Made by a program: the position numbers and the translations under genes | Notes under the pieces: model-generated | The model's database searches: none | Seen by the model: only the letters and a program-made list of their open reading frames with translations | Told to the model about the DNA's origin: nothing | Shown: positions 38,515 to 55,833 of the stretch, one piece after another | Position numbering within the stretch: the first letter of the stretch is position 1 | Layout: the number at the start of each line of letters is the position of its first letter | Sequence record: PQ871103.1 | Direction: 5' to 3' (one strand) | Source: Escherichia phage vB_Eco_ZCEC15 | DNA: 64,000 nucleotides

Positions 38515-39173
38515 TGAGTTTACTTAATAATAAAGCGGGAGTTATTTCCCGCTTAGCAGATTTTCTTGGTTTTAGAACTAAGAAAAATGATATTTCGGTT
38601 ATGAATAATCAGCCAGTAGGTGCTGTAACAATTTCACAAATAGCAAAAGGGTTTTATGACCCAAATGTAGAATCTGCTATTAATGATGTTAGAAATATGG
38701 CAGAGCAACAGGTTGGAGCTGTATTAGTTAATATAAGTGGCGTATCTCCTACTGGCGTGCAGCAAACAGACTATTGGTCATTTGAAGGAACTGTCAATGA
38801 TACTTCAGCCAAACCAGGTGACCCGGTTATTGTTAACATGTTTGGCATTCCTGTTAAAGCTACTAATGGAATGACTTCAATCGAATTTACCAGTGCCGTT
38901 AGAACAGCTCTACAGGAAATGGTTGCAAAATTTATTGCAATTGATTCATTTGAAGACCATCCTACCATAGGAAATAAAATACAAGTTAAGTATTTAGATA
39001 ACCAAGAACATATCTTAGAACAATACTCTGATAAAGGAATTACTTTCAAACAAGAAATAATTTCTCCTTCTAAACCTGGGTATGGAACTTGGCAATTATT
39101 AGGTGCGCAAACTGTTACGCTAGATAGTCACACACAACCTACAGTATTTTATTATTTTGAGAGAATAGCATGA
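38514..39173 (+). CDS. 11: baseplate wedge / short tail fiber connector gp11
   Basis: 219 aa from ATG 38514 ([17 protein letters not shown]), overlapping gene 10 stop. Confidence 0.9.
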   Translation: MSLLNNKAGVISRLADFLGFRTKKNDISVMNNQPVGAVTISQIAKGFYDPNVESAINDVRNMAEQQVGAVLVNISGVSPTGVQQTDYWSFEGTVNDTSAKPGDPVIVNMFGIPVKATNGMTSIEFTSAVRTALQEMVAKFIAIDSFEDHPTIGNKIQVKYLDNQEHILEQYSDKGITFKQEIISPSKPGYGTWQLLGAQTVTLDSHTQPTVFYYFERIA

Positions 39174-40720
39174 GTAACAATACATATCAGCACGTATCAA
39201 ATGAATCAAAATATGTTAAATTCGATCCTACTGGATCGAATTTTCCTGACACTGTCACGACAGTGCAGTCTGCATTATCAAAAATAAGTAATATCGGCGT
39301 AAATGGTATTCCTGATGCAACTATGGAAGTTAAAGGAATAGCAATGATTGCGTCAGAACAAGAGGTTTTAGATGGAACTAATAACTCTAAAATCGTTACA
39401 CCAGCTACATTAGCAACAAGATTATTGTATCCAAATGCTACTGAAACTAAATATGGTTTAACGCGCTATTCAACAAATGAAGAAACTTTAGAAGGCTCAG
39501 ATAATAATTCGTCGATAACTCCACAAAAATTGAAATACCACACTGACGATGTGTTCAAAAATAGATATTCGTCTGAGTCATCAAACGGGGTTATTAAAAT
39601 ATCATCAACACCTGCAGCTTTGGCTGGTGTTGATGATACTACTGCGATGACTCCGCTAAAAACCCAAAAACTTGCAATAAAATTAATTTCGCAAATAGCT
39701 CCTTCAGAAGACACTGCAACAGAATCGGTGAGAGGAGTAGTTCAATTATCTACTGTTGCACAAATTCGTCAAGGAACTCTCCGCGAAGGATATGCAATTT
39801 CCCCGTATACCTTTATGAATTCTGTTGCAACACATGAATATAAGGGTGTTATACGCCTAGGAACGCAGACTGAAATTAATAATAATTTGGGTGGTGTTGC
39901 AGTAACAGGCGAAACATTAAATGGTCGAGGAGCTACTGGTTCTATGCGCGGTGTAGTAAAATTAACGACGCAAGCCGGTATTGCCCCTGAAGGTGATAGC
40001 TCTGGAGCATTAGCGTGGAACGCAGATGTAATTAATACTCGTGGTGGACAAACTATTAATGGTTCTTTAAATTTAGACCATCTTACAGCAAATGGAATTT
40101 GGTCACGCGGTGGAATGTGGAAAAATGGCGATCAACCTGTTGCCACTGAAAGATATGCGTCCGAAAGGGTTCCAGTTGGAACTATTATGATGTTTGCGGG
40201 TGATTCAGCACCTCCAGGTTGGATTATGTGTCACGGTGGAACCGTGTCAGGTGACCAATTTCCTGATTATAGAAACGTAGTTGGATCAAGATTTGGTGGT
40301 GATTGGAATAATCCTGGTATTCCTGATATGCGAGGTCTTTTCGTCAGAGGAGCCGGTACTGGCGGTCATATTTTAAATCAACGAGGACAAGATGGTTATG
40401 GAAAGGATAGACTTGGTGTAGGATGTGACGGAATGCATGTTGGTGGTGTCCAGGCACAACAAATGTCATACCATAAACACGCCGGTGGTTGGGGGGAACA
40501 TAACAGAAGTGAAGGCCCATTTGGCGCGTCTGTTTATCAAGGATATCTTGGAACTAGAAAATATGCCGACTGGGATAATGCTTCATACTTCACTAATGAT
40601 GGATTTGAATTAGGCGGACCGAGAGATGCCCTTGGTACACTTAATCGTGAAGGATTAATTGGTTATGAAACTAGACCATGGAATATATCATTAAACTATA
40701 TTATTAAAGTTCATTACTAA
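39170..40720 (+). CDS. 12: short tail fiber gp12
   Basis: 516 aa; [20 protein letters not shown] start and C-terminal ...[13 protein letters not shown] as in T4 gp12. Confidence 0.93.
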   Translation: MSNNTYQHVSNESKYVKFDPTGSNFPDTVTTVQSALSKISNIGVNGIPDATMEVKGIAMIASEQEVLDGTNNSKIVTPATLATRLLYPNATETKYGLTRYSTNEETLEGSDNNSSITPQKLKYHTDDVFKNRYSSESSNGVIKISSTPAALAGVDDTTAMTPLKTQKLAIKLISQIAPSEDTATESVRGVVQLSTVAQIRQGTLREGYAISPYTFMNSVATHEYKGVIRLGTQTEINNNLGGVAVTGETLNGRGATGSMRGVVKLTTQAGIAPEGDSSGALAWNADVINTRGGQTINGSLNLDHLTANGIWSRGGMWKNGDQPVATERYASERVPVGTIMMFAGDSAPPGWIMCHGGTVSGDQFPDYRNVVGSRFGGDWNNPGIPDMRGLFVRGAGTGGHILNQRGQDGYGKDRLGVGCDGMHVGGVQAQQMSYHKHAGGWGEHNRSEGPFGASVYQGYLGTRKYADWDNASYFTNDGFELGGPRDALGTLNREGLIGYETRPWNISLNYIIKVHY

Positions 40721-40729
40721 GGATTACAA

Positions 40730-42187
40730 ATGATTGAATTAAAAGATTTACCTTTTGTTGATAGCGTTCCTGATGAAGGTCAGGAACGTATTTCATGGAT
40801 TAAAAATGGTGAAGAAATATTAGGAGCTAGTACTAAGTATGGAAATGATGGATCAATGAATAGACCTATTGTTTCCGTGTTTAAAAATGTCGAAGTTCTT
40901 GATGAAAATGTGGGAATTCTTAAAACTGCCATTGAAACATCGCAGAAAGATATTAAAACAATTCAAGGAGTTTTAGATGTATCAGGAGATATAGAAGCAC
41001 TAGCACAGATCAGTGTTAATAAAAATGACATATCAAATTTAAAGACACTTACTAATGAACACACTGATATATTAACTGGAACTAATAATACAGTTGACAA
41101 AATTATTGCTGATATAGGTCCATTTAATGATGAAGAAAACTCTGTTTATAGAACAATTAGAAATGATTTATTGTGGATTAAACAAGAACTAGGGCAATAT
41201 TCTGGCCAAGACATTAACGGTCTTCCTGTTGTTGGTAATGCTAGCACAGGAATGAAACATAGAATAATAACAAATAGTACATTATTATCTTCACAAGGCA
41301 TTCGTTTAAGTGAATTAGAAACTAAATTTACTGAATCTGACGTAGGATCATTAACTGTTGAAGTTGGTAAATTACGCGATGAACTTGGTAATAAACCGGT
41401 AGATTTTGGGCCAAATATTTATAATAGATTAAACACCATAGATGATAAACAAACTTTAATAAATTCTGATATAGCAGAAATTAAATCTTCTATTGGATAC
41501 CCAGAAAATGTTTCTATAATAACAGAAATTAATAATAACAAAAGTAGCATTGAAGCTATTAATAATGAATTAAATCAGAGTGAAGGTGTTAAACAGCGCT
41601 TAACGGCTATTGAAACTTCTATAGGTTCAGATGATATTCCTTCTAGTATTAAAGGAAAAATTAAAAATCACACAACTTCTATTGAGTCTTTAAATGGAAT
41701 TGTCGGTGAAAACACTTCGTCTGGTTTAAGAGCGAATGTTTCGTGGTTAAATCAAATTGTTGGAACTGACTCCAGCGGAGGACAACCGTCTCCTTCTGGA
41801 TCTCTATTAAATAAAGTTTCAGTGCTTGAAGGAGAAGTTTCAGTTTTAAACAATAATGTTCAAAATATACAAGTTGAAATAGGAAATAATAGAACAGGAA
41901 TTAAAGGTCAAGTTATTGAACTTACTTCACTTATAAATGGAAATAATCCTGACGGATCAACTGTTGAAGAACGAGGATTAACTAATTCTATAAAAACGAA
42001 TGAAACTAACATTGCGGTAGTCACGCATGAAGTAAATACAGCTAAAGACAATATATCCTCTTTACAGAGCAACGTTCAAGCTCTACAAGAAGCAGGTTAT
42101 ATTCCTGAAGCTCCAAAAGATGGCCAAGCTTACGTTCGTAAAGACGGCGAATGGGTATTGCTTTCTACCTTTTTATCACCAGCATAA
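40730..42187 (+). CDS. wac: fibritin (whisker antigen control)
   Basis: 485 aa coiled-coil; C-terminal foldon [27 protein letters not shown]. Confidence 0.95.
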   Translation: MIELKDLPFVDSVPDEGQERISWIKNGEEILGASTKYGNDGSMNRPIVSVFKNVEVLDENVGILKTAIETSQKDIKTIQGVLDVSGDIEALAQISVNKNDISNLKTLTNEHTDILTGTNNTVDKIIADIGPFNDEENSVYRTIRNDLLWIKQELGQYSGQDINGLPVVGNASTGMKHRIITNSTLLSSQGIRLSELETKFTESDVGSLTVEVGKLRDELGNKPVDFGPNIYNRLNTIDDKQTLINSDIAEIKSSIGYPENVSIITEINNNKSSIEAINNELNQSEGVKQRLTAIETSIGSDDIPSSIKGKIKNHTTSIESLNGIVGENTSSGLRANVSWLNQIVGTDSSGGQPSPSGSLLNKVSVLEGEVSVLNNNVQNIQVEIGNNRTGIKGQVIELTSLINGNNPDGSTVEERGLTNSIKTNETNIAVVTHEVNTAKDNISSLQSNVQALQEAGYIPEAPKDGQAYVRKDGEWVLLSTFLSPA

Positions 42188-42190
42188 CAT

Positions 42191-42215
42191 GGGGCCGCAG
42201 GGCCCCAAAGGATTT
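42191..42215 (+). terminator. hairpin after wac (weak terminator)
   Basis: GGGGCCGCAGGGCCCC hairpin, poor T-run. Confidence 0.4.
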
Positions 42216-42218
42216 TAA

Positions 42219-43920
<1,702 letters not shown>

Positions 43921-43961
43921 TAAATATTATAAACTAATTAAAGCCCAGATTAGGAGAAATC

Positions 43962-47102
<3,141 letters not shown>

Positions 47103-47130
47103 TATTAAAGCATATTAAAGAGGATTAAAA

Positions 47131-49110
47131 ATGACTTTATTATCTCCGGGCATTGAGCTCAAAGAAACTACGGTTCAAAGCACCGTGGTTAATAACTCTA
47201 CTGGTACAGCAGCTTTGGCCGGTAAATTCCAGTGGGGTCCTGCTTTTCAGATTAAACAGGTTACAAACGAAGTAGATTTAGTTAATACTTTTGGTCAACC
47301 TACAGCTGAAACTGCTGACTATTTTATGTCTGCAATGAATTTCTTACAATATGGAAATGATTTGCGAGTTGTGCGCGCTGTCGATAGAGATACCGCTAAA
47401 AACTCATCTCCGATTGCTGGTAATATTGAATACACAATTTCTACCCCAGGTAGTAACTACGCGGTTGGAGATAAAATCACGGTCAAATATGTTTCAGAAG
47501 ATGTTGAAACAGAAGGTAAAATTACCGAAGTAGATGCTGATGGAAAAATTAAGAAAATTAATATTCCTACTGCAAAAATTATTGCTAAAGCTAAAGAAGT
47601 TGGCGAATACCCAACATTAGGTTCTAACTGGACTGCAGAAATTTCTTCGTCTTCCTCTGGTTTAGCTGCAGTAATAACTCTTGGAAAAATTATTACTGAT
47701 TCTGGTATTTTATTAGCTGAAATTGAAAATGCTGAAGCTGCTATGACAGCTGTTGACTTTCAAGCAAGTCTCGAAAAATATGGAATTCCAGGAGTAGTAG
47801 CTCTTTATCCAGGTGAGTTGGGCGATAAAATTGAAATTGAAATCGTATCTAAAGCTGACTACGCAAAAGGGGCTTCTGCATTACTCCCAATTTATCCAGG
47901 TGGCGGAACACGCGCATCTACTGCCAAAGCAGTGTTTGGATATGGACCACAAACTGACTCGCAATACGCTATTATAGTTCGTCGCAATGATGCTATTGTT
48001 CAAAGCGTTGTTCTTTCAACGAAGCGTGGTGAAAAAGATATTTACGATAGTAACATCTATATTGATGACTTTTTCGCAAAAGGCGGTTCAGAATATATTT
48101 TTGCAACTGCACAAAACTGGCCAGAAGGCTTCTCTGGAATTTTAACTCTGTCTGGTGGATTATCATCAAATGCTGAAGTAACAGCAGGAGATTTGATGGA
48201 AGCTTGGGACTTCTTTGCTGACCGCGAATCTGTTGACGTTCAGTTGTTTATTGCGGGTTCTTGTGCCGGTGAATCTTTAGAAACAGCATCTACTGTCCAA
48301 AAACACGTCGTTTCAATTGGAGATGCTCGCCAAGATTGCTTAGTATTGTGCTCACCACCGCGTGAAACTGTTGTTGGAATTCCTGTAACTCGTGCTGTTG
48401 ATAACTTAGTCAATTGGAGAACCGCATCAGGTTCATACACTGATAATAACTTTAATATCAGTTCAACCTACGCAGCAATTGATGGTAACTACAAGTATCA
48501 GTATGACAAATATAATGATGTAAATCGTTGGGTTCCATTAGCAGCTGACATTGCTGGTTTATGCGCGAGAACTGATAACGTTTCTCAGACTTGGATGTCT
48601 CCAGCTGGTTATAATCGTGGCCAGATTCTTAACGTTATTAAACTTGCTATTGAAACTCGCCAAGCTCAGCGCGACCGTTTATATCAAGAAGCTATCAACC
48701 CAGTAACTGGTACAGGTGGTGATGGTTACGTATTATATGGTGATAAAACAGCTACTTCTGTTCCTTCTCCATTTGATCGTATTAACGTTCGTCGTCTGTT
48801 TAATATGTTGAAAACGAATATCGGACGTAGTTCAAAATATCGTTTGTTCGAATTAAACAACGCGTTTACTCGTTCATCATTCCGCACAGAAACTGCCCAG
48901 TACTTACAGGGAATTAAAGCTCTCGGTGGAATTTATGAATATCGTGTAGTTTGCGATACAACAAATAATACTCCGTCAGTAATTGATAGAAATGAGTTTG
49001 TTGCAACATTCTACATCCAACCGGCGCGCAGTATAAATTATATTACTTTGAATTTCGTCGCAACTGCTACTGGTGCAGACTTCGATGAGTTAACTGGTCT
49101 TGCAGGTTAA
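47131..49110 (+). CDS. 18: tail sheath protein gp18
   Basis: 659 aa; late promoter upstream. Confidence 0.97.
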   Translation: MTLLSPGIELKETTVQSTVVNNSTGTAALAGKFQWGPAFQIKQVTNEVDLVNTFGQPTAETADYFMSAMNFLQYGNDLRVVRAVDRDTAKNSSPIAGNIEYTISTPGSNYAVGDKITVKYVSEDVETEGKITEVDADGKIKKINIPTAKIIAKAKEVGEYPTLGSNWTAEISSSSSGLAAVITLGKIITDSGILLAEIENAEAAMTAVDFQASLEKYGIPGVVALYPGELGDKIEIEIVSKADYAKGASALLPIYPGGGTRASTAKAVFGYGPQTDSQYAIIVRRNDAIVQSVVLSTKRGEKDIYDSNIYIDDFFAKGGSEYIFATAQNWPEGFSGILTLSGGLSSNAEVTAGDLMEAWDFFADRESVDVQLFIAGSCAGESLETASTVQKHVVSIGDARQDCLVLCSPPRETVVGIPVTRAVDNLVNWRTASGSYTDNNFNISSTYAAIDGNYKYQYDKYNDVNRWVPLAADIAGLCARTDNVSQTWMSPAGYNRGQILNVIKLAIETRQAQRDRLYQEAINPVTGTGGDGYVLYGDKTATSVPSPFDRINVRRLFNMLKTNIGRSSKYRLFELNNAFTRSSFRTETAQYLQGIKALGGIYEYRVVCDTTNNTPSVIDRNEFVATFYIQPARSINYITLNFVATATGADFDELTGLAG

Positions 49111-49116
49111 TTGATT

Positions 49117-49139
49117 ATGGGGCTTCGGCCCCTATTCTC
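49117..49139 (+). terminator. hairpin after gene 18
   Basis: GGGGC-TTCG-GCCCC hairpin directly after gene 18 stop. Confidence 0.5.
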
Positions 49140-49149
49140 GAGGAAACAA

Positions 49150-49767
49150 GTGATTATTTCTAAGTTTGTTAAAGTGAAAATTGTACCATCAAATTTTAAA
49201 CATTATCAATCAAAGGGTTATAAATTAACACCTCTTGGAGCGGTTAAACATGGATTTAGGTATTATGAAATTGATGTTAAAGTTGAAGACATTAAAGGTA
49301 GTACCGCGTATGTAAAATGCCGTTGCGATAAATGTGGAATTGAATATAACCAACGCATTGGAAGAAACACTGATATTTGTCGTGATTGCCGTCATAAAGA
49401 TAAAATGCGCAATAATTCATATGGTTCCGCGAATAAAGGAAAAACAGTAGAATGTATGCATGGCGTAAATCATCCAAGATGGAACCCAAATAAATCTGAA
49501 ATGCGTGAATATATTTCATTGGTATATAAAGAAACTCGTAAGCATAAGAAAATTTGGTCAAAATGGCCAAATGCTGATAAAATAGGAGTGTGCGGTACAA
49601 AAGGTGCTTACCAACTTGATCATAAGGTATCTATCAAATACGGTTTTGATAATTTAATTCCTGCTGAAATAATTGGCGGTATTAATAATTTAGAAATAAT
49701 CACTTGGGAATCTAACCGAGAAAAATCAAAAAGAAATAGTGTAGATCTTTGGGATTTACTAGAATGA
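49150..49767 (+). CDS. HNH-family homing endonuclease (free-standing)
   Basis: Zinc-finger-like CRCDKCG...CRDCRH plus C-terminal HNH-like YQLDHKVSIKYGFDNLIPAEIIGGINNLEIITWESN; start adjusted to GTG 49150 after GAGGAAA; lies between genes 18 and 19. Confidence 0.7.
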   Translation: MIISKFVKVKIVPSNFKHYQSKGYKLTPLGAVKHGFRYYEIDVKVEDIKGSTAYVKCRCDKCGIEYNQRIGRNTDICRDCRHKDKMRNNSYGSANKGKTVECMHGVNHPRWNPNKSEMREYISLVYKETRKHKKIWSKWPNADKIGVCGTKGAYQLDHKVSIKYGFDNLIPAEIIGGINNLEIITWESNREKSKRNSVDLWDLLE

Positions 49768-49793
49768 TTCTAAAGGCCTGTTTCGGCAGGCCA

Positions 49794-49801
49794 TATAAAT
49801 A
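49794..49801 (+). promoter_or_regulatory. late promoter (gene 19, distal)
   Basis: TATAAATA. Confidence 0.55.
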
Positions 49802-49852
49802 CACTATATCCTTAATTCTTTAATTCTATATGCCCTAGGTTAAACATAGGGA

Positions 49853-49860
49853 TATAAATA
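49853..49860 (+). promoter_or_regulatory. late promoter (gene 19, proximal)
   Basis: TATAAATA 15 nt upstream of gene 19 ATG. Confidence 0.65.
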
Positions 49861-49874
49861 CTACAGAGGCTAAT

Positions 49875-50366
49875 ATGTTTGTAGATGATGTAACACGCGC
49901 GTTTGAATCGGGTGATTTTGCGCGACCTAACTTATTCCAAGTAGAAATTTCTTATCTTGGACAAAATTTTACGTTTCAATGTAAAGCCACTGCTTTACCA
50001 GCTGGTATTGTAGAAAAAATCCCAGTCGGATTTATGAACCGTAAAATTAACGTAGCAGGCGATCGTACATTCGATGACTGGACTGTTACAGTAATGAACG
50101 ATGAAGCTCATGATGCTCGCCAGAAGTTCGTTGATTGGCAAAGCATTGCTGCGGGGCAAGGAAACGAAATTACTGGTGGAAAACCTGCAGAGTATAAAAA
50201 GAGCGCTATCGTTCGTCAATATGCTCGTGATGCTAAAACAGTAACAAAAGAAATTGAAATTAAAGGTCTGTGGCCTACTAACGTGGGTGAACTTCAATTA
50301 GATTGGGATTCAAACAATGAAATCCAAACATTTGAAGTAACTCTCGCTCTCGATTATTGGGAATAA
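49875..50366 (+). CDS. 19: tail tube protein gp19
   Basis: 163 aa; two late promoters upstream. Confidence 0.97.
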   Translation: MFVDDVTRAFESGDFARPNLFQVEISYLGQNFTFQCKATALPAGIVEKIPVGFMNRKINVAGDRTFDDWTVTVMNDEAHDARQKFVDWQSIAAGQGNEITGGKPAEYKKSAIVRQYARDAKTVTKEIEIKGLWPTNVGELQLDWDSNNEIQTFEVTLALDYWE

Positions 50367-50398
50367 AATGAATGGGGAGAAATCCCCATCCTGCTTAA

Positions 50399-52023
<1,625 letters not shown>

Positions 52024-52024
<1 letters not shown>

Positions 52025-52263
52025 TGGAAGGTTTAATTGAAGCTATTAAATCAAACGACCTCGTAGCCGCTCGTAAATTATTTGCTGAAGCCATGGCTGC
52101 AAGAACGACTGATTTAATTAAAGAAGAAAAAATCGCTATCGCTCGTAATTTCTTAATCGAAGGTGAAGAACCTGATGACGAGGATGATGACGAAGACGAA
52201 GATAGTGATGATAAAGACGACAAAAAAGACAAAGACTCTGACGAAGACGAGGATGATGAATAA
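52024..52263 (+). CDS. 67: prohead core protein gp67
   Basis: 79 aa with highly acidic C-terminal tail; synteny. Confidence 0.9.
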
Positions 52264-52688
52264 TGCTTCTGATCCCTGAAACTCATGAATTAGTTCTCGA
52301 GAATGTCGAAGCACTTATTCCTGAAGCACAGGGTCGCTTTGACGAATTGTCTTCTGCTTTAAATAAAGACGATATAAATACAATTGTCGAGAATATGCTT
52401 GATGATGAAACTGATTTAGCGGTTGCATTAGCTTCTATTAATGAAAATATGCCGTTAAATGAATTTATCGTTAAACATGTTTCTGCCCGTGGTGAAATTA
52501 CTCGCACTAAAGATCGCAAAACCCGCGAACGTAATGCATTTCAAACTACCGGGTTGTCTAAAGCAAAACGTAGACAAATTGCTCGTAAAGCTACCAAAAC
52601 GAAGATTGCCAATCCAGCAGGTCAATCTCGTGCTCAGCGTAAGCGTAAAAAAGCTCTTAAACGCCGTAAAGCATTAGGATTAAGCTAA
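52263..52688 (+). CDS. 68: prohead core protein gp68
   Basis: 141 aa; synteny. Confidence 0.9.
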
Positions 52689-53326
52689 TGAATGAACCCC
52701 AATTACTAATTGAAACTTGGGGTCAACCTGGCGAAATTATTGATGGCGTACCAATGCTTGAATCTCATGATGGAAAAGACTTAGGTTTAAAACCGGGTTT
52801 ATACATCGAAGGAATATTCATGCAAGCGGAAGTCGTCAATAGAAATAAACGTCTTTATCCAAAACGTATATTAGAAAAAGCGGTAAAAGACTATATTAAT
52901 GAGCAAGTTTTAACTAAACAAGCTCTCGGAGAATTAAATCATCCTCCACGCGCTAATGTTGACCCGATGCAAGCCGCTATCATTATAGAAGATATGTGGT
53001 GGAAAGGAAATGACGTATACGGACGAGCTCGTGTTATTGAAGGTGACCACGGTCCTGGAGATAAATTAGCAGCTAATATTCGTGCCGGATGGATTCCAGG
53101 AGTTTCTTCTCGTGGATTAGGTTCATTGACTGACACAAATAAAGGTTATCGTATCGTAAACGAAGGATTCAAATTAACTGTAGGTGTTGATGCAGTATGG
53201 GGTCCAAGTGCTCCAGATGCATGGGTAACTCCTAAGGAAATTACCGAATCACAGACGGCGGAAGCCGATACAAGTGCCGATGACGCCTATATGGCTCTCG
53301 CAGAGGCCATGAAAAAAGCGTTATAA
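52688..53326 (+). CDS. 21: prohead core protease gp21
   Basis: 212 aa; synteny. Confidence 0.95.
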   Translation: MNEPQLLIETWGQPGEIIDGVPMLESHDGKDLGLKPGLYIEGIFMQAEVVNRNKRLYPKRILEKAVKDYINEQVLTKQALGELNHPPRANVDPMQAAIIIEDMWWKGNDVYGRARVIEGDHGPGDKLAANIRAGWIPGVSSRGLGSLTDTNKGYRIVNEGFKLTVGVDAVWGPSAPDAWVTPKEITESQTAEADTSADDAYMALAEAMKKAL

Positions 53327-53329
53327 ATA
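53322..53329 (+). promoter_or_regulatory. late promoter (gene 22)
   Basis: TATAAATA ~28 nt upstream of gene 22. Confidence 0.7.
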
Positions 53330-53356
53330 TTATTATCTAAACAACAGGACTACAAA

Positions 53357-54166
53357 ATGCTTAAAGAACAACTGATTGCTGAAGCGCAAAAAATTGATGC
53401 TTCCGTTGCTCTTGATAGTATTTTCGAATCAGTTAATATTTCTCCGGAAGCAAAAGAAACTTTCGGCGCTGTATTCGAAGCTACCGTCAAGCAGCACGCC
53501 GTTAAATTAGCTGAATCTCATATCGCTAAAATTGCTGAAAAAGCAGAAGAAGAAGTAGAAAAAAATAAAGAAGAAGCCGAAGAAAAAGCTGAGAAGAAAA
53601 TCGCTGAGCAAGCTTCTAAATTCATCGACCATCTTGCGAAAGAATGGCTCGCTGAAAATAAATTAGCAGTTGATAAAGGCATCAAAGCCGAACTGTTTGA
53701 ATCCATGCTTGGTGGATTAAAAGAGCTCTTTGTTGAACACAACGTTGTTGTTCCAGAAGAATCAGTTGATGTTGTAGCTGAAATGGAAGAAGAGCTGCAA
53801 GAACATAAAGAAGAATCAGCTCGTCTGTTCGAAGAACTCAATAAGCGTGACGCATATATCAATTATGTGCAGCGTGAAGTGGCATTGAGCGAAAGTACTA
53901 AAGATCTGACTGAGTCTCAAAAAGAAAAAGTCTCTGCTCTGGTCGAAGGTATGGATTATTCAGATGCATTCTCAAGTAAATTGAGTGCCATCGTAGAAAT
54001 GGTGAAGAAGTCTAATAAAGATGAAAGCACTATTACTGAGGGTATAAATACTCCTGATACTGAAGCAGCCGGACTGAATTTCGTCACTGAAGCTGTAGAA
54101 GATAAAACTGCACCTGGTGCAGAAGATATTGTAAGTGTATATGCGAAAGTCGCATCTCGTTTCTAA
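53357..54166 (+). CDS. 22: prohead core scaffold protein gp22
   Basis: 269 aa, Glu/Lys-rich helical; late promoter upstream. Confidence 0.95.
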   Translation: MLKEQLIAEAQKIDASVALDSIFESVNISPEAKETFGAVFEATVKQHAVKLAESHIAKIAEKAEEEVEKNKEEAEEKAEKKIAEQASKFIDHLAKEWLAENKLAVDKGIKAELFESMLGGLKELFVEHNVVVPEESVDVVAEMEEELQEHKEESARLFEELNKRDAYINYVQREVALSESTKDLTESQKEKVSALVEGMDYSDAFSSKLSAIVEMVKKSNKDESTITEGINTPDTEAAGLNFVTEAVEDKTAPGAEDIVSVYAKVASRF

Positions 54167-54184
54167 TTTTAAAGGTTAACACAA

Positions 54185-55750
54185 ATGACTATCAAAACTA
54201 AAGCTGAACTTTTGAACAAATGGAAGCCATTACTGGAAGGTGAAGGTTTACCGGAAATTGCTAATAGCAAACAAGCGATTATCGCTAAAATCTTTGAAAA
54301 CCAGGAAAAAGATTTCCAGACAGCTCCAGAATACAAAGACGAAAAAATCGCTCAGGCGTTCGGTTCTTTCTTAACAGAAGCTGAAATCGGTGGTGACCAC
54401 GGTTACAACGCTACTAACATCGCTGCTGGTCAGACTTCTGGCGCAGTAACTCAGATTGGCCCAGCTGTTATGGGTATGGTACGTCGTGCTATTCCTAACC
54501 TGATTGCTTTCGATATTTGCGGTGTTCAGCCGATGAATAGCCCGACTGGCCAGGTATTCGCACTGCGTGCAGTATATGGTAAAGACCCAATCGCTGCTGA
54601 TGCTAAAGAAGCATTCCACCCAATGTATGGTCCAGATGCAATGTTCTCTGGTCAGGGTGCTGCTAAGAAATTCACTGCTTTAACTGCTGGCGCTACTACT
54701 GTCAAAGGTGACATCTATACTTATTTCTTCCAGGAAACTGGTACTGTATATCTGCAGGCTTCCTCTGCAGTAAAAATTAGTTCAAGTGCTGTTGATGCAG
54801 CTAAATTAGATGCTGAAATTAAGAAACAAATGGAAGCTGGTGTACTGGTAGAAATCGCTGAAGGTATGGCTACTTCTATCGCTGAACTTCAGGAAGGTTT
54901 CAACGGTTCTACCGATAACCCATGGAATGAAATGGGCTTCCGTATCGATAAACAAGTTATCGAAGCTAAATCTCGTCAGCTGAAAGCTGCTTACTCTATC
55001 GAATTAGCACAAGACCTCCGCGCTGTTCACGGTATGGATGCTGATGCTGAACTGTCTGGTATTCTGGCTACCGAAATCATGCTGGAAATCAACCGCGAAG
55101 TTGTTGATTGGATTAACTACTCAGCTCAGGTTGGTAAATCTGGTATGACCCTGACTCCGGGTTCTAAAGCTGGTGTATTTGACTTCCAGGATCCGATTGA
55201 TATTCGTGGTGCTCGCTGGGCGGGTGAATCCTTTAAAGCTCTGTTGTTCCAGATTGACAAAGAAGCAGTTGAAATTGCTCGTCAGACCGGTCGTGGTGAA
55301 GGTAACTTCATTATCGCTTCCCGTAACGTAGTTAACGTTCTGGCTTCAGTTGATACTGGCATTTCTTATGCTGCACAGGGTCTGGCTACCGGCTTTAACA
55401 CTGATACTACCAAGTCAGTATTTGCTGGTGTTCTGGGTGGTAAATACCGTGTATATATCGACCAGTATGCTAAACAGGATTATTTCACTGTAGGTTATAA
55501 AGGTCCGAACGAAATGGATGCTGGTATTTACTACGCTCCATATGTAGCTCTGACTCCGCTGCGTGGTTCCGATCCGAAGAACTTCCAACCGGTAATGGGA
55601 TTCAAAACTCGTTACGGTATCGGTATCAACCCATTTGCAGAATCCGCTGCTCAGGCTCCGGCTTCTCGCATCCAGAGCGGTATGCCTTCTATTCTGAATA
55701 GCCTTGGTAAAAATGCTTACTTCCGCCGTGTATATGTTAAAGGTATCTAA
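54185..55750 (+). CDS. 23: major capsid protein gp23
   Basis: 521 aa; MTIKTKAELLNKWKPLLEGEG start; codon usage of a highly expressed gene. Confidence 0.98.
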   Translation: MTIKTKAELLNKWKPLLEGEGLPEIANSKQAIIAKIFENQEKDFQTAPEYKDEKIAQAFGSFLTEAEIGGDHGYNATNIAAGQTSGAVTQIGPAVMGMVRRAIPNLIAFDICGVQPMNSPTGQVFALRAVYGKDPIAADAKEAFHPMYGPDAMFSGQGAAKKFTALTAGATTVKGDIYTYFFQETGTVYLQASSAVKISSSAVDAAKLDAEIKKQMEAGVLVEIAEGMATSIAELQEGFNGSTDNPWNEMGFRIDKQVIEAKSRQLKAAYSIELAQDLRAVHGMDADAELSGILATEIMLEINREVVDWINYSAQVGKSGMTLTPGSKAGVFDFQDPIDIRGARWAGESFKALLFQIDKEAVEIARQTGRGEGNFIIASRNVVNVLASVDTGISYAAQGLATGFNTDTTKSVFAGVLGGKYRVYIDQYAKQDYFTVGYKGPNEMDAGIYYAPYVALTPLRGSDPKNFQPVMGFKTRYGIGINPFAESAAQAPASRIQSGMPSILNSLGKNAYFRRVYVKGI

Positions 55751-55763
55751 TCTTTGACGATTT

Positions 55764-55795
55764 AAGGGACCTTCGGGTCCCTTTAGTTGTTTTTA
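55764..55795 (+). terminator. rho-independent terminator after gene 23
   Basis: AGGGACC-TTCG-GGTCCCT followed by T-rich tract. Confidence 0.75.
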
Positions 55796-55798
55796 TGG

Positions 55799-55806
55799 TA
55801 TAAATA
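55799..55806 (+). promoter_or_regulatory. late promoter (gene 24)
   Basis: TATAAATA ~28 nt upstream of gene 24, just after a terminator hairpin. Confidence 0.7.
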
Positions 55807-55833
55807 AATCATATAAACCAAAAGGAAAGCGCA

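Larger units (their letters stand above)
49111..49874 (+). mobile_element. intergenic homing-endonuclease insertion between genes 18 and 19
   Basis: ~760 bp carrying one HNH ORF between two structural genes that I recall as adjacent in T4; flanked by gene 18 terminator hairpin and two late promoters. Confidence 0.5.

Noticed and set aside
52150-52263. Possible tandem repeat in GAT/GAC/GAA-rich sequence
   Set aside because: This is the coding acidic tail of gp67 (codon-level low complexity), not a repeat element or CRISPR-like array.
53518-53862. 114-aa Ser-rich ORF antisense to gene 22
   Set aside because: Antisense artifact of the Glu/Lys-rich scaffold gene; no RBS.
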